NCBI GenBank assembly: GCA_947177795.1
Contig: CAMWVR010000003.1
Location: forward strand, 1,088 to 65,087
From: an uncultured Clostridia bacterium
GTDB lineage: Bacteria > Bacillota > Clostridia > Christensenellales > UBA3700
Length of the DNA stretch: 64,000 nt
Reading direction: 5' to 3'
Below the pieces are notes generated by a model. That model did no database searches, was not told the DNA's origin, and saw nothing but the letters and a program-made list of their open reading frames with translations. Both the position numbers and the translations under genes were made by a program. This document shows, piece after piece, positions 33,162 to 41,903 of the stretch; position 1 is the stretch's first letter, and each line of letters begins with the position of its first letter.

Positions 33162-34106
33162 ATGAATTTTACTTCACAGTTAAAAAACGATTTGTTGAAA
33201 TCAATATCGCAAGACTCCGAGGCAAGGCGAGATAGGTTTGCTTTTTTGCGCGCTCTTATCAAGATGAGAGGGGGTATTGACGTATACAAGAAGTCAATAA
33301 ACCTGACTTTAGAACTCGACAGTTTTGAAGACGTGTCGGACATTGCGGCAATGCTCAAGGAGTTCACGGACGGAGAGACTTTTTTTGTCGTCGACGGCAG
33401 AAAGGGAGAGAAGACTCCCAAGTTGCAGATAAAGGATAAATACGCCAACGAGTTGCTTTCGTCAATGTCGCTGTCGCACTTTGAGGGAGATAAATTCGTC
33501 TTTGAAGACGAAGAGGGATATTTCAAAAGCATACTTGACAAAGGAATATTTCAGGCTTATTTCAAGGGCATACTTTACGGCGGAGCAAAGTTGCAATTCC
33601 CCGACGAGGAATATCCCAATTACTGTTTGCAGATATTCTTTTCCGATACGGCGTTTTGCAATCGTATCGTCAAGACGCTTGAGGATATGGATATATCCGT
33701 CAAAGTATATGAGCGCAAGAGCGTCAATATTTTGCAGTCGCGCAGCGGCAATGATATTGCGGATATGCTCGCTTTGGCAGGGGCTGTGGACAGCGTGCTT
33801 CAACTCAACAATATTATGGCGGAAAGAGAAAAAGAAAACGACTTCAACCGTCAGAGTAATCTCTATATGGCGCATTATAAAAAAGCCGTGGACAGCGCGC
33901 AGAAATATTTGCAGGCAATAGAGTATTTGCAAGAGATAGGTGAACTTGATAAGATCGACGAAAAACTCAAGGCGGTGGCTGTCGCAAGAGCGGAGAATTA
34001 CGACGCAAGTATGCAAGAACTTGCAGACATATTGGGTACGAGCAAGACGAGTTTGTCTAGGTATCTCAACAAACTATTGACTTTGGCAGAGCAAAAACGC
34101 AGATAG
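33162..34106 (+). CDS. whiA: DNA-binding sporulation/cell-division regulator WhiA
   Basis: 314 aa. It has a degenerate LAGLIDADG-like core and a C-terminal HTH (MQELADILGTSKTSLSRYLNKL) characteristic of WhiA. Confidence 0.85.
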   Translation: MNFTSQLKNDLLKSISQDSEARRDRFAFLRALIKMRGGIDVYKKSINLTLELDSFEDVSDIAAMLKEFTDGETFFVVDGRKGEKTPKLQIKDKYANELLSSMSLSHFEGDKFVFEDEEGYFKSILDKGIFQAYFKGILYGGAKLQFPDEEYPNYCLQIFFSDTAFCNRIVKTLEDMDISVKVYERKSVNILQSRSGNDIADMLALAGAVDSVLQLNNIMAEREKENDFNRQSNLYMAHYKKAVDSAQKYLQAIEYLQEIGELDKIDEKLKAVAVARAENYDASMQELADILGTSKTSLSRYLNKLLTLAEQKRR

Positions 34107-34166
34107 ACTACCGACTAAACGAAAATGTCGCAAGGCTCCATTTTGTCGGTACTTAATAAAAGGATG

Positions 34167-34257
34167 AGACCTCTCGACTACGCTCGAGGTGACAATAATG
34201 TTGTTGACATTCGCTTTTGTCATTTCGACCGTAGCAATAGCGAAGTGGAGAAATCTC
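34167..34257. repeat. Family-A composite element (ACCTC/GAGGT unit, then a long ATTTC/GAAAT unit)
   Basis: agacctctcgactacgctcgaggtgaca (34167-34194) and tgtcatttcgaccgtagcaatagcgaagtggagaaatctc (34218-34257). Confidence 0.85.
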
Positions 34258-34298
34258 AACAGTATGAACAGGCAAGGATATAGCAAAGAGGATATATA

Positions 34299-37200
34299 AT
34301 GGAAGAAAACAAAGACGGTATGAGCAAAGGACTTTTGGACAGCATTGAAGATATGCTTTCGGACAAGCCGAATAACGACGGCGCGGCGGAAGACAAGGCA
34401 AAAGAGGCTTTGTCAAGTCCAGAAAACGTCTCCGAGCTAAATAATTCTAACGACGAAAATAAAACGAAAGACAGCGTATACGATAGATACGAAAAGCCTT
34501 TCGTGCATTTGCATCTTCACTCGGAGTATTCGCTTTTGGACGGACTTGCGAGAATTACCAAGGGCAAGAAGTCTCCGCTTCTTGACGCGTGTAAAGAACT
34601 CGGTATGCCGGGTTGCGCTCTTACCGACCACGGAAATATGTTTGGCGCATATACGTTTTATAAAGCCGCCAACGCGCGTAACCTCAAGCCTATAATAGGT
34701 TGCGAGTTCTATACTTGCGACGATATGAAAAGCAATATCAGCGCCGAGCGTAATCACTTGGTGCTTATTGCCAAAAATAACGAGGGATATAAAAACCTTG
34801 TCAAGATGGATTCGCTTGCGTATATCGACGGATATTATTACAAGCCGAGAATAGACCTCGATTTGCTTGAGAAGCACAGCGAAGGCGTGATATGTCTTTC
34901 GGCGTGTCTGTCGGGACGTATTCCCAGACTTTTGTCTTCGGGAGATTATAAGGGTGCAAAAGAGTATGCGTTGAGACTTAAGAATATGTTTGCCGATGGA
35001 GATTTTTATATCGAACTCCAAGACCACGGTTTGCCCGAGCAGAGGGCTATTCGCAACGACTTAGTGCGCCTTGCCAATGATATAGGCGTCAAGTTGGTTG
35101 CGACCAACGACGTGCATTACGTCAATCGCGAAGACTACATAGCGCAAGACATTCTAGTGCGTATCAACACGGGCAAGACCATCAACGACGCTACGGGTAT
35201 GGAAATGGGCAACGACCAATTCTATCTCAAGAGTTATGAGGAGATGATGGAGATATTCAGTTGGTGTCCCGAGGCTGTCACAAATACCGTCGAGGTCATG
35301 GAAAAGTGCAACGTGCGTATCGAAAAAGAGGACTTGTATCCGCCGTATAAACCCGACGACGGATCTACTCCCGAAGAGTATTTGCGCAAGCTTGCCTACG
35401 AGGGCTTGGAGCGCAGATACCATACGATTACCGACGAGATAAGAGAGAGAGCCGAGTATGAATTGGGCATCATTATCCGCACCGGATTTGCCGAGTATTA
35501 TCTAATAGTGTGGGACTTTATCAACTATGCGCGCACTCAAAGCATACCCGTCGGACCTGGACGTGGCAGCGGCGTAGGCTCGATTATTGCGTATGCTATC
35601 GGCATAACAAATCTCGACCCACTCAAGTATCAACTCTTCTTCGAGCGTTTTCTCAATCCTGAAAGAGTCTCGGCGCCCGACTTCGATATTGACTTCTGCA
35701 TGGACAGGCGAGGCGAAGTAATAGATTACGTAATACGCAAATACGGCAAAGACAAGGTATGTCAAATTTTGGCGCTCGGCACAATGAAAGCCAAGGGCGC
35801 AATTAAGGACGTTGCGAGAGTATACAACGTGCCTTTGGATATCGTCAATTCCACGACAAAACTTATTCCCAACGCTCCCGGCGTGACGCTTGATAAAGTT
35901 CTCGGCAGAGACCCAAGCACCAAGGAAGACGATCTCAAACTTCGCAATCCCGAAGTCATCGAGATATACGAAAACAATCCTGAAATGCACAGGGTCATAG
36001 ATATGGCGCTCAAGATAGAAGGCTTGCCGCGAAATTGTTCAAAGCACGCCGCAGGCGTCGTAATATGCAAAGAGGTCATAAGCGACCACGTGCCTTTGCA
36101 ACGCAACGGTCCCGATATAACTACGCAGTTCCAAAAGGAAGAAGTCGAGGAGTTGGGTATGCTCAAGATGGACTTCTTGGGACTGACGACTTTGACGGAC
36201 ATAGACAAGGCTCTCAAATACGTCGAGAAAAACCACGGAGTAAAGATAGACTTCGAAGAGTTGGGATACGACGATCCCGAAGTATACAAACTCATCGGCA
36301 CTGGCGAAACCGAGGCGGTGTTCCAACTTGAAAGCGCAGGCATGAAAGGCTTTTTGAAGAGTTATCAACCCAAGAACTTGGAAGAAGTCATTGCCGGTAT
36401 TTCGCTATATCGTCCCGGTCCTATGAGCTGTATCGACGATTATCTCAACGCAAGAGCCAACAGGGATTTGATAAAGTATGACGCACCTCAACTTGAGAGC
36501 ATTCTCGACGTAACCTTTGGATTTTTCGTATACCAAGAGCAAGTTATGCAAGCCGTGCAAGCGTGCGCAGGATATACGCTCGGCAGAGCAGACAATTTGC
36601 GACGCGCAATGGGCAAGAAGAAAGTCGACGTCATGAACGCCGAAAAGACCGTCTTCGTCAACGGTTGCGACGCCGTGCCCGAAGTCGTCAACGACCAAGG
36701 TATCGTCATAAAAAAAGCCGCTCCTGCGGTAGACGGCGCAATCAAGAGAGGTATTTCCAAAGAAAGCGCCGAAAAGATCTTCGACGGAATGGCAGACTTT
36801 GCAAAGTATGCGTTCAATAAGTCGCACGCCGCGGCGTACGCTACGCTGACTTATCAGACGGCTTATCTCAAGCGATATTATATGCTTGAACTCTTTGCCG
36901 CCGTAATCAACAACCGTATCACAAAGTCCGACGAAATCGCCAAGTATCTTGGATACGTCAAAAACTACGATAAGAAAATATATCCGCCGCATATCAACAA
37001 GTCGGACGTAATATTTACCGTAGAAAACAACGACGGATTGCGTTTTGGACTAGGCGGTATCAAGAACGTCGGCGAGGCGGCAATGAAAGCGCTTGTCGAC
37101 GAGCGAAATGCAAACGGCGAGTATAAGTCTATTAGCGAAATGCTCAATAGACTCCCTGCGGGCACGATCAATAAGAAGATGATGGAGTGTCTTATCAAGG

Positions 37201-38093
37201 CGGGCGCCTTCGATTGCTTCGGACATACGAGAGCGGCGTTGCTTGCAAGTTACGAATCCATTATGCTTGTAAGTATGCACGATAAAAAAATGCAGTCCAA
37301 CGGTCAAATGAGCCTATTTGGCTTGCTTGAAGACGACGATTCCACGCAAGAGGATAATATCCCTTATCTCAAGGAATACGGGGACAAACAACTTTTGGCG
37401 CTTGAGAAAGAAATGCTCAACGTATACGTCAGCGGACACCCTCTTGACGAATACAGAGAGGAGATTAAAAAGTTTGAATTCAATATCTCCAAGATTGCAG
37501 ACTTGCTTTCCAAAAACCTTGACGAAGAAGAGCTCGATGAGAGCGAAGAACAACTCATCAAGCAATACGAGAACAAGACGATCACAATGGGCTGTATGCT
37601 GTCCAAGATAGAGAAGAAGACCACCAAGAGCGGCGGCATTATGGCGTACGCCACCGTCGAAGACCTATACGGCGAAATGGAAGGCGTATTCTTCCCAAAG
37701 ACTTATGAGAAGAACAGAAGCCTGCTTGTCAACGACAATATAGTCCTCATAAGAGCCGTTGTCAAACGCAACAACGGTCGTATCAATCTCAACGTTATTG
37801 ACGTAGAGCCTTGGCGCAGAGAGGGCGGAGAAAGCGACGTCAAACTTCAAGAAGCCGAGCAAAAGCCAAGCCTTGCAAAACACAAGGTATTTATCAAGGT
37901 CGACGACAGACAGCAATTCAGACAAGTCATGGAGATATTGGAAGTATATCCCGGCAACGATACCGTCATATTCAAGATGTTTGACGCAGACAAGCCTATG
38001 CAGTACGATAAGGGCGTAAATCCCAAAAACAACTTCGTCAATCAAATCAAAGCTATCGTCGGAGCAAATAATATAGTCATCAGAGACCTTTAG
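34299..38093 (+). CDS. dnaE: DNA polymerase III alpha subunit (DnaE type) with a ~65-aa acidic N-terminal extension
   Basis: It has the PHP motif FVHLHLHSEYSLLDG, palm/fingers blocks (GPGRGSGVGS, PDFDIDF), an HhH region and a C-terminal OB region. SD agagga lies 7 nt before ATG 34299. Confidence 0.92.
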   Translation: MEENKDGMSKGLLDSIEDMLSDKPNNDGAAEDKAKEALSSPENVSELNNSNDENKTKDSVYDRYEKPFVHLHLHSEYSLLDGLARITKGKKSPLLDACKELGMPGCALTDHGNMFGAYTFYKAANARNLKPIIGCEFYTCDDMKSNISAERNHLVLIAKNNEGYKNLVKMDSLAYIDGYYYKPRIDLDLLEKHSEGVICLSACLSGRIPRLLSSGDYKGAKEYALRLKNMFADGDFYIELQDHGLPEQRAIRNDLVRLANDIGVKLVATNDVHYVNREDYIAQDILVRINTGKTINDATGMEMGNDQFYLKSYEEMMEIFSWCPEAVTNTVEVMEKCNVRIEKEDLYPPYKPDDGSTPEEYLRKLAYEGLERRYHTITDEIRERAEYELGIIIRTGFAEYYLIVWDFINYARTQSIPVGPGRGSGVGSIIAYAIGITNLDPLKYQLFFERFLNPERVSAPDFDIDFCMDRRGEVIDYVIRKYGKDKVCQILALGTMKAKGAIKDVARVYNVPLDIVNSTTKLIPNAPGVTLDKVLGRDPSTKEDDLKLRNPEVIEIYENNPEMHRVIDMALKIEGLPRNCSKHAAGVVICKEVISDHVPLQRNGPDITTQFQKEEVEELGMLKMDFLGLTTLTDIDKALKYVEKNHGVKIDFEELGYDDPEVYKLIGTGETEAVFQLESAGMKGFLKSYQPKNLEEVIAGISLYRPGPMSCIDDYLNARANRDLIKYDAPQLESILDVTFGFFVYQEQVMQAVQACAGYTLGRADNLRRAMGKKKVDVMNAEKTVFVNGCDAVPEVVNDQGIVIKKAAPAVDGAIKRGISKESAEKIFDGMADFAKYAFNKSHAAAYATLTYQTAYLKRYYMLELFAAVINNRITKSDEIAKYLGYVKNYDKKIYPPHINKSDVIFTVENNDGLRFGLGGIKNVGEAAMKALVDERNANGEYKSISEMLNRLPAGTINKKMMECLIKAGAFDCFGHTRAALLASYESIMLVSMHDKKMQSNGQMSLFGLLEDDDSTQEDNIPYLKEYGDKQLLALEKEMLNVYVSGHPLDEYREEIKKFEFNISKIADLLSKNLDEEELDESEEQLIKQYENKTITMGCMLSKIEKKTTKSGGIMAYATVEDLYGEMEGVFFPKTYEKNRSLLVNDNIVLIRAVVKRNNGRINLNVIDVEPWRREGGESDVKLQEAEQKPSLAKHKVFIKVDDRQQFRQVMEILEVYPGNDTVIFKMFDADKPMQYDKGVNPKNNFVNQIKAIVGANNIVIRDL

Positions 38094-38152
38094 TATTTAA
38101 TTCGACTCTACGTCTATTGAGCAAAAGGCGTCATGTAAATGGAAAAATGCTC

Positions 38153-38260
38153 AAGCGATATTTGTAATATTACTGCCATATTTTTTAGTGAAAGTAAGTT
38201 GAACATACATATTTACTAAACCAAAAACTATGATGTAATAATTGCAAATATCGCTTTTTG
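38153..38260 (+). terminator. Long imperfect hairpin (12-bp perfect outer stem, ~64-nt interior) followed by a T-run; probable dnaE terminator or structured element
   Basis: AAGCGATATTTG (38153-38164) pairs with CAAATATCGCTT (38245-38256), followed by TTT. There is inner pairing of TTTAGT with ACTAAA. Confidence 0.45.
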
Positions 38261-38301
38261 CCTATTTAGTAACAATAATGTCGTATCGACCAATCATCCA
38301 A

Positions 38302-38330
38302 TGTCATCTCGAGCGTAGTCGAGAGATCTC
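38302..38330. repeat. Family-A hairpin unit with ATCTC/GAGAT arms
   Basis: tgtcATCTCgagcgtagtcgaGAGATctc. Confidence 0.8.
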
Positions 38331-38393
38331 ATCCTTTTAATCTCAACATTAAAGAAAAGTTAAAAAAGTTTTGTAAAATTTTGGCATTACATC

Positions 38394-38422
38394 TTGTAAT
38401 TGATTTAAAGATGTGTTACTAT
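38394..38422 (+). promoter_or_regulatory. Promoter TTGTAA-17-(TGt)TACTAT upstream of the secreted-protein/ABC locus
   Basis: TTGTAA is at 38394-38399, TG at 38414-38415 and TACTAT at 38417-38422. Confidence 0.5.
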
Positions 38423-38512
38423 GTTTATACAAGAACTAATTTTACTAAAGAAGAAGAAAAAACAGAATGATTCCCCTTGAAAAACAAAAATAAAATATAG
38501 GAGGAAACAACA

Positions 38513-39484
38513 ATGAACAAAGTAAAAGTATTTTACAAAATTCAGACAATTATTCTTCTTGCAGTTTTAGTAAGTTTAGTTGTTTGTTTCACGATGGGAG
38601 GCACTGCCTCAGCTGATACTGTGCAGTATGCGGCGGAAGAAGATTATGATTATATGACGTTTGATATCATATTTTTCGCTTTTGCCAGGAATGGTTTGCA
38701 GAAAATGATCCCTATTGCAGGAGTTCAAATGCATTTGGGAATTGATTACATTCCTTCAACAGATCCGAATTATGATTATTACATAGTGAGAATGGACGTT
38801 CAAGTAGCGCCTGAAAGTATTGCCACTCTTAAGAGTTTTACTATGATGCCGGCACGGTGGAAAAAAGACGGTTTCACGCTTATGAATGAACTGCATAATC
38901 AAAAAAATAATAATATAATGGGTGGCTCAGTTTATGAAACTGGACTTCAAGCGAGAGAAAACGTAGACTTCAGCAACAATGACGTAAATATAACATGGGA
39001 TAGTTATAGATACGTTAATCTAGATTATGTTTCGCAATTTCCTGCTCCTAATTGCAATCCGGGTTTTTCAATTTCAAATCAAGAAGACGAAAATTCACTC
39101 TACGGATACGCTGGAAAGCCTATGAAAATTACTAGATCAGGAGCTTCAAATAATCTTTCAGACTTATCTAAAAACAAAGGAAAAACTTGCACTGCGCTAT
39201 ACTATGCTACATATAAAGTGCGTAAAGATATAAAAGAGCGTCACTTTGGTTTTGTCTTTAATCAGTTGGATGTCTGGGGACAAGTAGGTCAGCCGTCGTT
39301 TAGTTTGAACACCGATAAAGATAAGCTTACAGTGCTTGTTTCATGGGAAGACGGATTTAAAAACAAAGCTATAAATGCTACCATGTCACCTGCGTCCGGC
39401 GGTCAGTATTTTGCAAAAGTTTTGGTCGCTTCGTCTTTGTCGACAGTAGAAAATACGGACACATCCTTCAATTTCAGTGAATAA
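38513..39484 (+). CDS. Secreted protein of unknown function (P1, 323 aa), paralog of the lipoprotein at 44023
   Basis: The signal peptide has an ASA-D cleavage-type site, and SD aggagg is present. The blocks YDYYIVRMDVQVAPESIATLKSFTMMP and KGKTCTALYYATYKV..FGFVFNQLDVWGQVGQPSF align with P2. No family motif is recognised. Confidence 0.7.
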   Translation: MNKVKVFYKIQTIILLAVLVSLVVCFTMGGTASADTVQYAAEEDYDYMTFDIIFFAFARNGLQKMIPIAGVQMHLGIDYIPSTDPNYDYYIVRMDVQVAPESIATLKSFTMMPARWKKDGFTLMNELHNQKNNNIMGGSVYETGLQARENVDFSNNDVNITWDSYRYVNLDYVSQFPAPNCNPGFSISNQEDENSLYGYAGKPMKITRSGASNNLSDLSKNKGKTCTALYYATYKVRKDIKERHFGFVFNQLDVWGQVGQPSFSLNTDKDKLTVLVSWEDGFKNKAINATMSPASGGQYFAKVLVASSLSTVENTDTSFNFSE

Positions 39485-39515
39485 AGTTAAAATAAATATG
39501 TGAATGGGGGCTTAA

Positions 39516-41888
39516 ATGTTAAGAGTAACCGGACTTGGGAAAGAATATGAAGACAAAGTTGCGTTATTTGACGTCGATCTAACTTTTCCCGACAAAGGGC
39601 TTGTGATCATCAAGGGGGAGAGTGGGAGCGGAAAAACCACTCTCCTTAACTTGCTTACTGCGCACGATTATCCTACGATGGGGCGCATAGAGTTTGACGG
39701 TGTGGAGATCAATTCAAAAAATAGAGAAAGTTACCGAAAAGAGCATTGCAGTAATATATATCAAGATTATATGCTTATCGAGGATATGTCTGTAGGCGAT
39801 AATATCGGACTTGCGCTACAGGCTTACGGCGAATCAAATTCTATAGACTTGATAAAAGAATTGTTGTGCAAAGTAGGCTTGTCCGAGGAATTTTTAAAAA
39901 AACAAGCGTCAAAACTTTCCGGCGGAGAAAAACAGAGAGTGTCTATTGCCAGAGCCATTGCGAAGAGAGATTCAATGGTTTTTGCAGATGAGCCGACAGG
40001 TAACCTCGATTCGCAAAACGGCGAGAAAATTATGGACTTGCTTAAGGATATATCCAAAGATAGACTTGTCGTTATAGTAAGCCATAACGAAAGTTTTAAC
40101 GTAAAATACGCTGACTATACTGTCGAGCTCGTCGACGGAGTGGTAGAAAATTGCGATTTGCCTGAAGAATGCCGGATAGAACATGCCGTCTCATCTTTTA
40201 CGAGAAAAAGCAAACTAAAAGCCAAGACGATTATTAAACTTACGTTTTGGGGGTTTAAAAAAAATAAAGCCAAGGCAGTTGTGTCAATCGTATCATTTGT
40301 AATATTTTGCATTTTAACAGTGGTGTTTGCGGCGGTGTCTTTTAGCGATATAAATTTGGCGTATTCTCATTCGCTCAATAAGTGTCAAAACAAAAATTTT
40401 ATAGCCGGAATTTTATATAAAAGAAATGCAACCATTGAGGGCGTAAATAGATTTAAAGAAAACTTAAGTATCGGTTGCTCTGAAATTTATATGTCGGATT
40501 ATCAATTTTATCTTGGGAAGATAGACGAAGATGAAGAGTTAAAATATTGTAAAAAATATAAATATTTTATTCCGTCCGTTGGTGGGGAATTATTATACAA
40601 TCAAGATATAGGGCTAGACGTCGAAGTGTTATGCGGCGATTTTCCAAAAGAATTCAACGAGGTCATGTTGCCTTATTGTTACGCAAAATACATAGCCCAG
40701 GTGTTTATAGATTATAAGACCGATGACGTAAAGAATTTGATAGGCAAGACGATAAAATACGGAAAGAATCAGGATGATAATTTTGATTTCAAGATATGCG
40801 GGATATTTGAAGAAGGTCCGTATTATACGGATTTTGAAAGCCTTTCACATGATGATATAGGACAGTACTATAAAGATACGAATAAGTTGGCAACTTGCGC
40901 AATTTTCTCACCTGAAGTAAAAGAAATACTGATGAATGATATGCTAGGAAGCAATATTTGTGATGTATCAAACAATTTTTATGTAAAAGATCGTAATGTT
41001 AATTTTTACGGTTACGACATATATCGAGATTATGCAAAAGAGTATACTCCTCTTGAGTATGGAGAGGTCTATATTTCGCAAAAGGTAGCAGATATTGCAA
41101 ATTTAAAGGTGGGCGACGCTTTAGCGTATACGCATTATTCAGCTTTTAATTCACAAGAATATAAAGATTTTGACGGGATGACGGTAAAGGGGATATTAGA
41201 TTTGCCGTATGATGAATTCTTTATCATTTTTTCATCTCAATTCTGTTATGATAATTTTTTGAAAGGCGTTCAATTAGAAAGACTGATGGGTTTTTATTTT
41301 AATATGAACGGCGTAAAAAACACTTATGAACTTATAAAAGAAATAAGAATAAAAGGTAATGACGAGCAGATATGGTGGAGCAGTGATAAGCATGACAACG
41401 TTGATTGCGCATATACGGAAAATATCAACGTGACAATTAAATTTTATGAGAATATTTATGGATACATATATTTTGTATTTATTCCTCTTACGGTTATTTC
41501 CTTGATAGGTTTGGTGTCCATGGGATTTGTCTCCGCAAGTTATCTTATCGAGTCTAAGGGTAATGCTTACAACATATTGCGTTCTATTGGTTTTGGAAAA
41601 GGGAATATAGCTTTGATATTGGCGATGCAGATATTTTTACTGATAATCGTAGGATGCGTTTTGGGCATAGGCATTGGCGCGCTTTGCTGTCAGTTGTTTG
41701 GCAAAATGTACGTTAAATCAAAACTCGGCATTGCGGCAAATTTGACCAACGAGGTCGTATTGCCTATGGGATATATTGCGCCTACAATTGTCTTAGCGGC
41801 ATCTGTATTGCTTGCCGCAATAATAGTTGTAATCAAGATCAAATCGCTTTTTGGCAAGTCTATTGTATCCAACAAACAGTCGGAGTAA
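39516..41888 (+). CDS. MacB-type fused ABC transporter (N-terminal ATPase, 4-TM FtsX-fold permease, ~370-aa extracytoplasmic domain)
   Basis: It has Walker A GESGSGKTT, signature LSGGEKQRVSIARA, Walker B MVFADEPTGNLD and the H-loop VSHN. TM1 lies around aa 255-277, and three C-terminal TMs flank the LRSIGFGKGN FtsX motif. Confidence 0.85.
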   Translation: MLRVTGLGKEYEDKVALFDVDLTFPDKGLVIIKGESGSGKTTLLNLLTAHDYPTMGRIEFDGVEINSKNRESYRKEHCSNIYQDYMLIEDMSVGDNIGLALQAYGESNSIDLIKELLCKVGLSEEFLKKQASKLSGGEKQRVSIARAIAKRDSMVFADEPTGNLDSQNGEKIMDLLKDISKDRLVVIVSHNESFNVKYADYTVELVDGVVENCDLPEECRIEHAVSSFTRKSKLKAKTIIKLTFWGFKKNKAKAVVSIVSFVIFCILTVVFAAVSFSDINLAYSHSLNKCQNKNFIAGILYKRNATIEGVNRFKENLSIGCSEIYMSDYQFYLGKIDEDEELKYCKKYKYFIPSVGGELLYNQDIGLDVEVLCGDFPKEFNEVMLPYCYAKYIAQVFIDYKTDDVKNLIGKTIKYGKNQDDNFDFKICGIFEEGPYYTDFESLSHDDIGQYYKDTNKLATCAIFSPEVKEILMNDMLGSNICDVSNNFYVKDRNVNFYGYDIYRDYAKEYTPLEYGEVYISQKVADIANLKVGDALAYTHYSAFNSQEYKDFDGMTVKGILDLPYDEFFIIFSSQFCYDNFLKGVQLERLMGFYFNMNGVKNTYELIKEIRIKGNDEQIWWSSDKHDNVDCAYTENINVTIKFYENIYGYIYFVFIPLTVISLIGLVSMGFVSASYLIESKGNAYNILRSIGFGKGNIALILAMQIFLLIIVGCVLGIGIGALCCQLFGKMYVKSKLGIAANLTNEVVLPMGYIAPTIVLAASVLLAAIIVVIKIKSLFGKSIVSNKQSE

Positions 41889-41903
41889 TTAAACGGAGGC
41901 GTT

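Noticed and set aside
28826-34257. Possible CRISPR array, given the recurring ~28-nt palindromic units
   Set aside because: The units occur in both orientations with irregular spacing. They are separated by whole genes (GH13, murB, PHP, whiA), the arm sequences vary, and there are no cas genes or leader. The pattern fits REP/BIME-like elements, not CRISPR.
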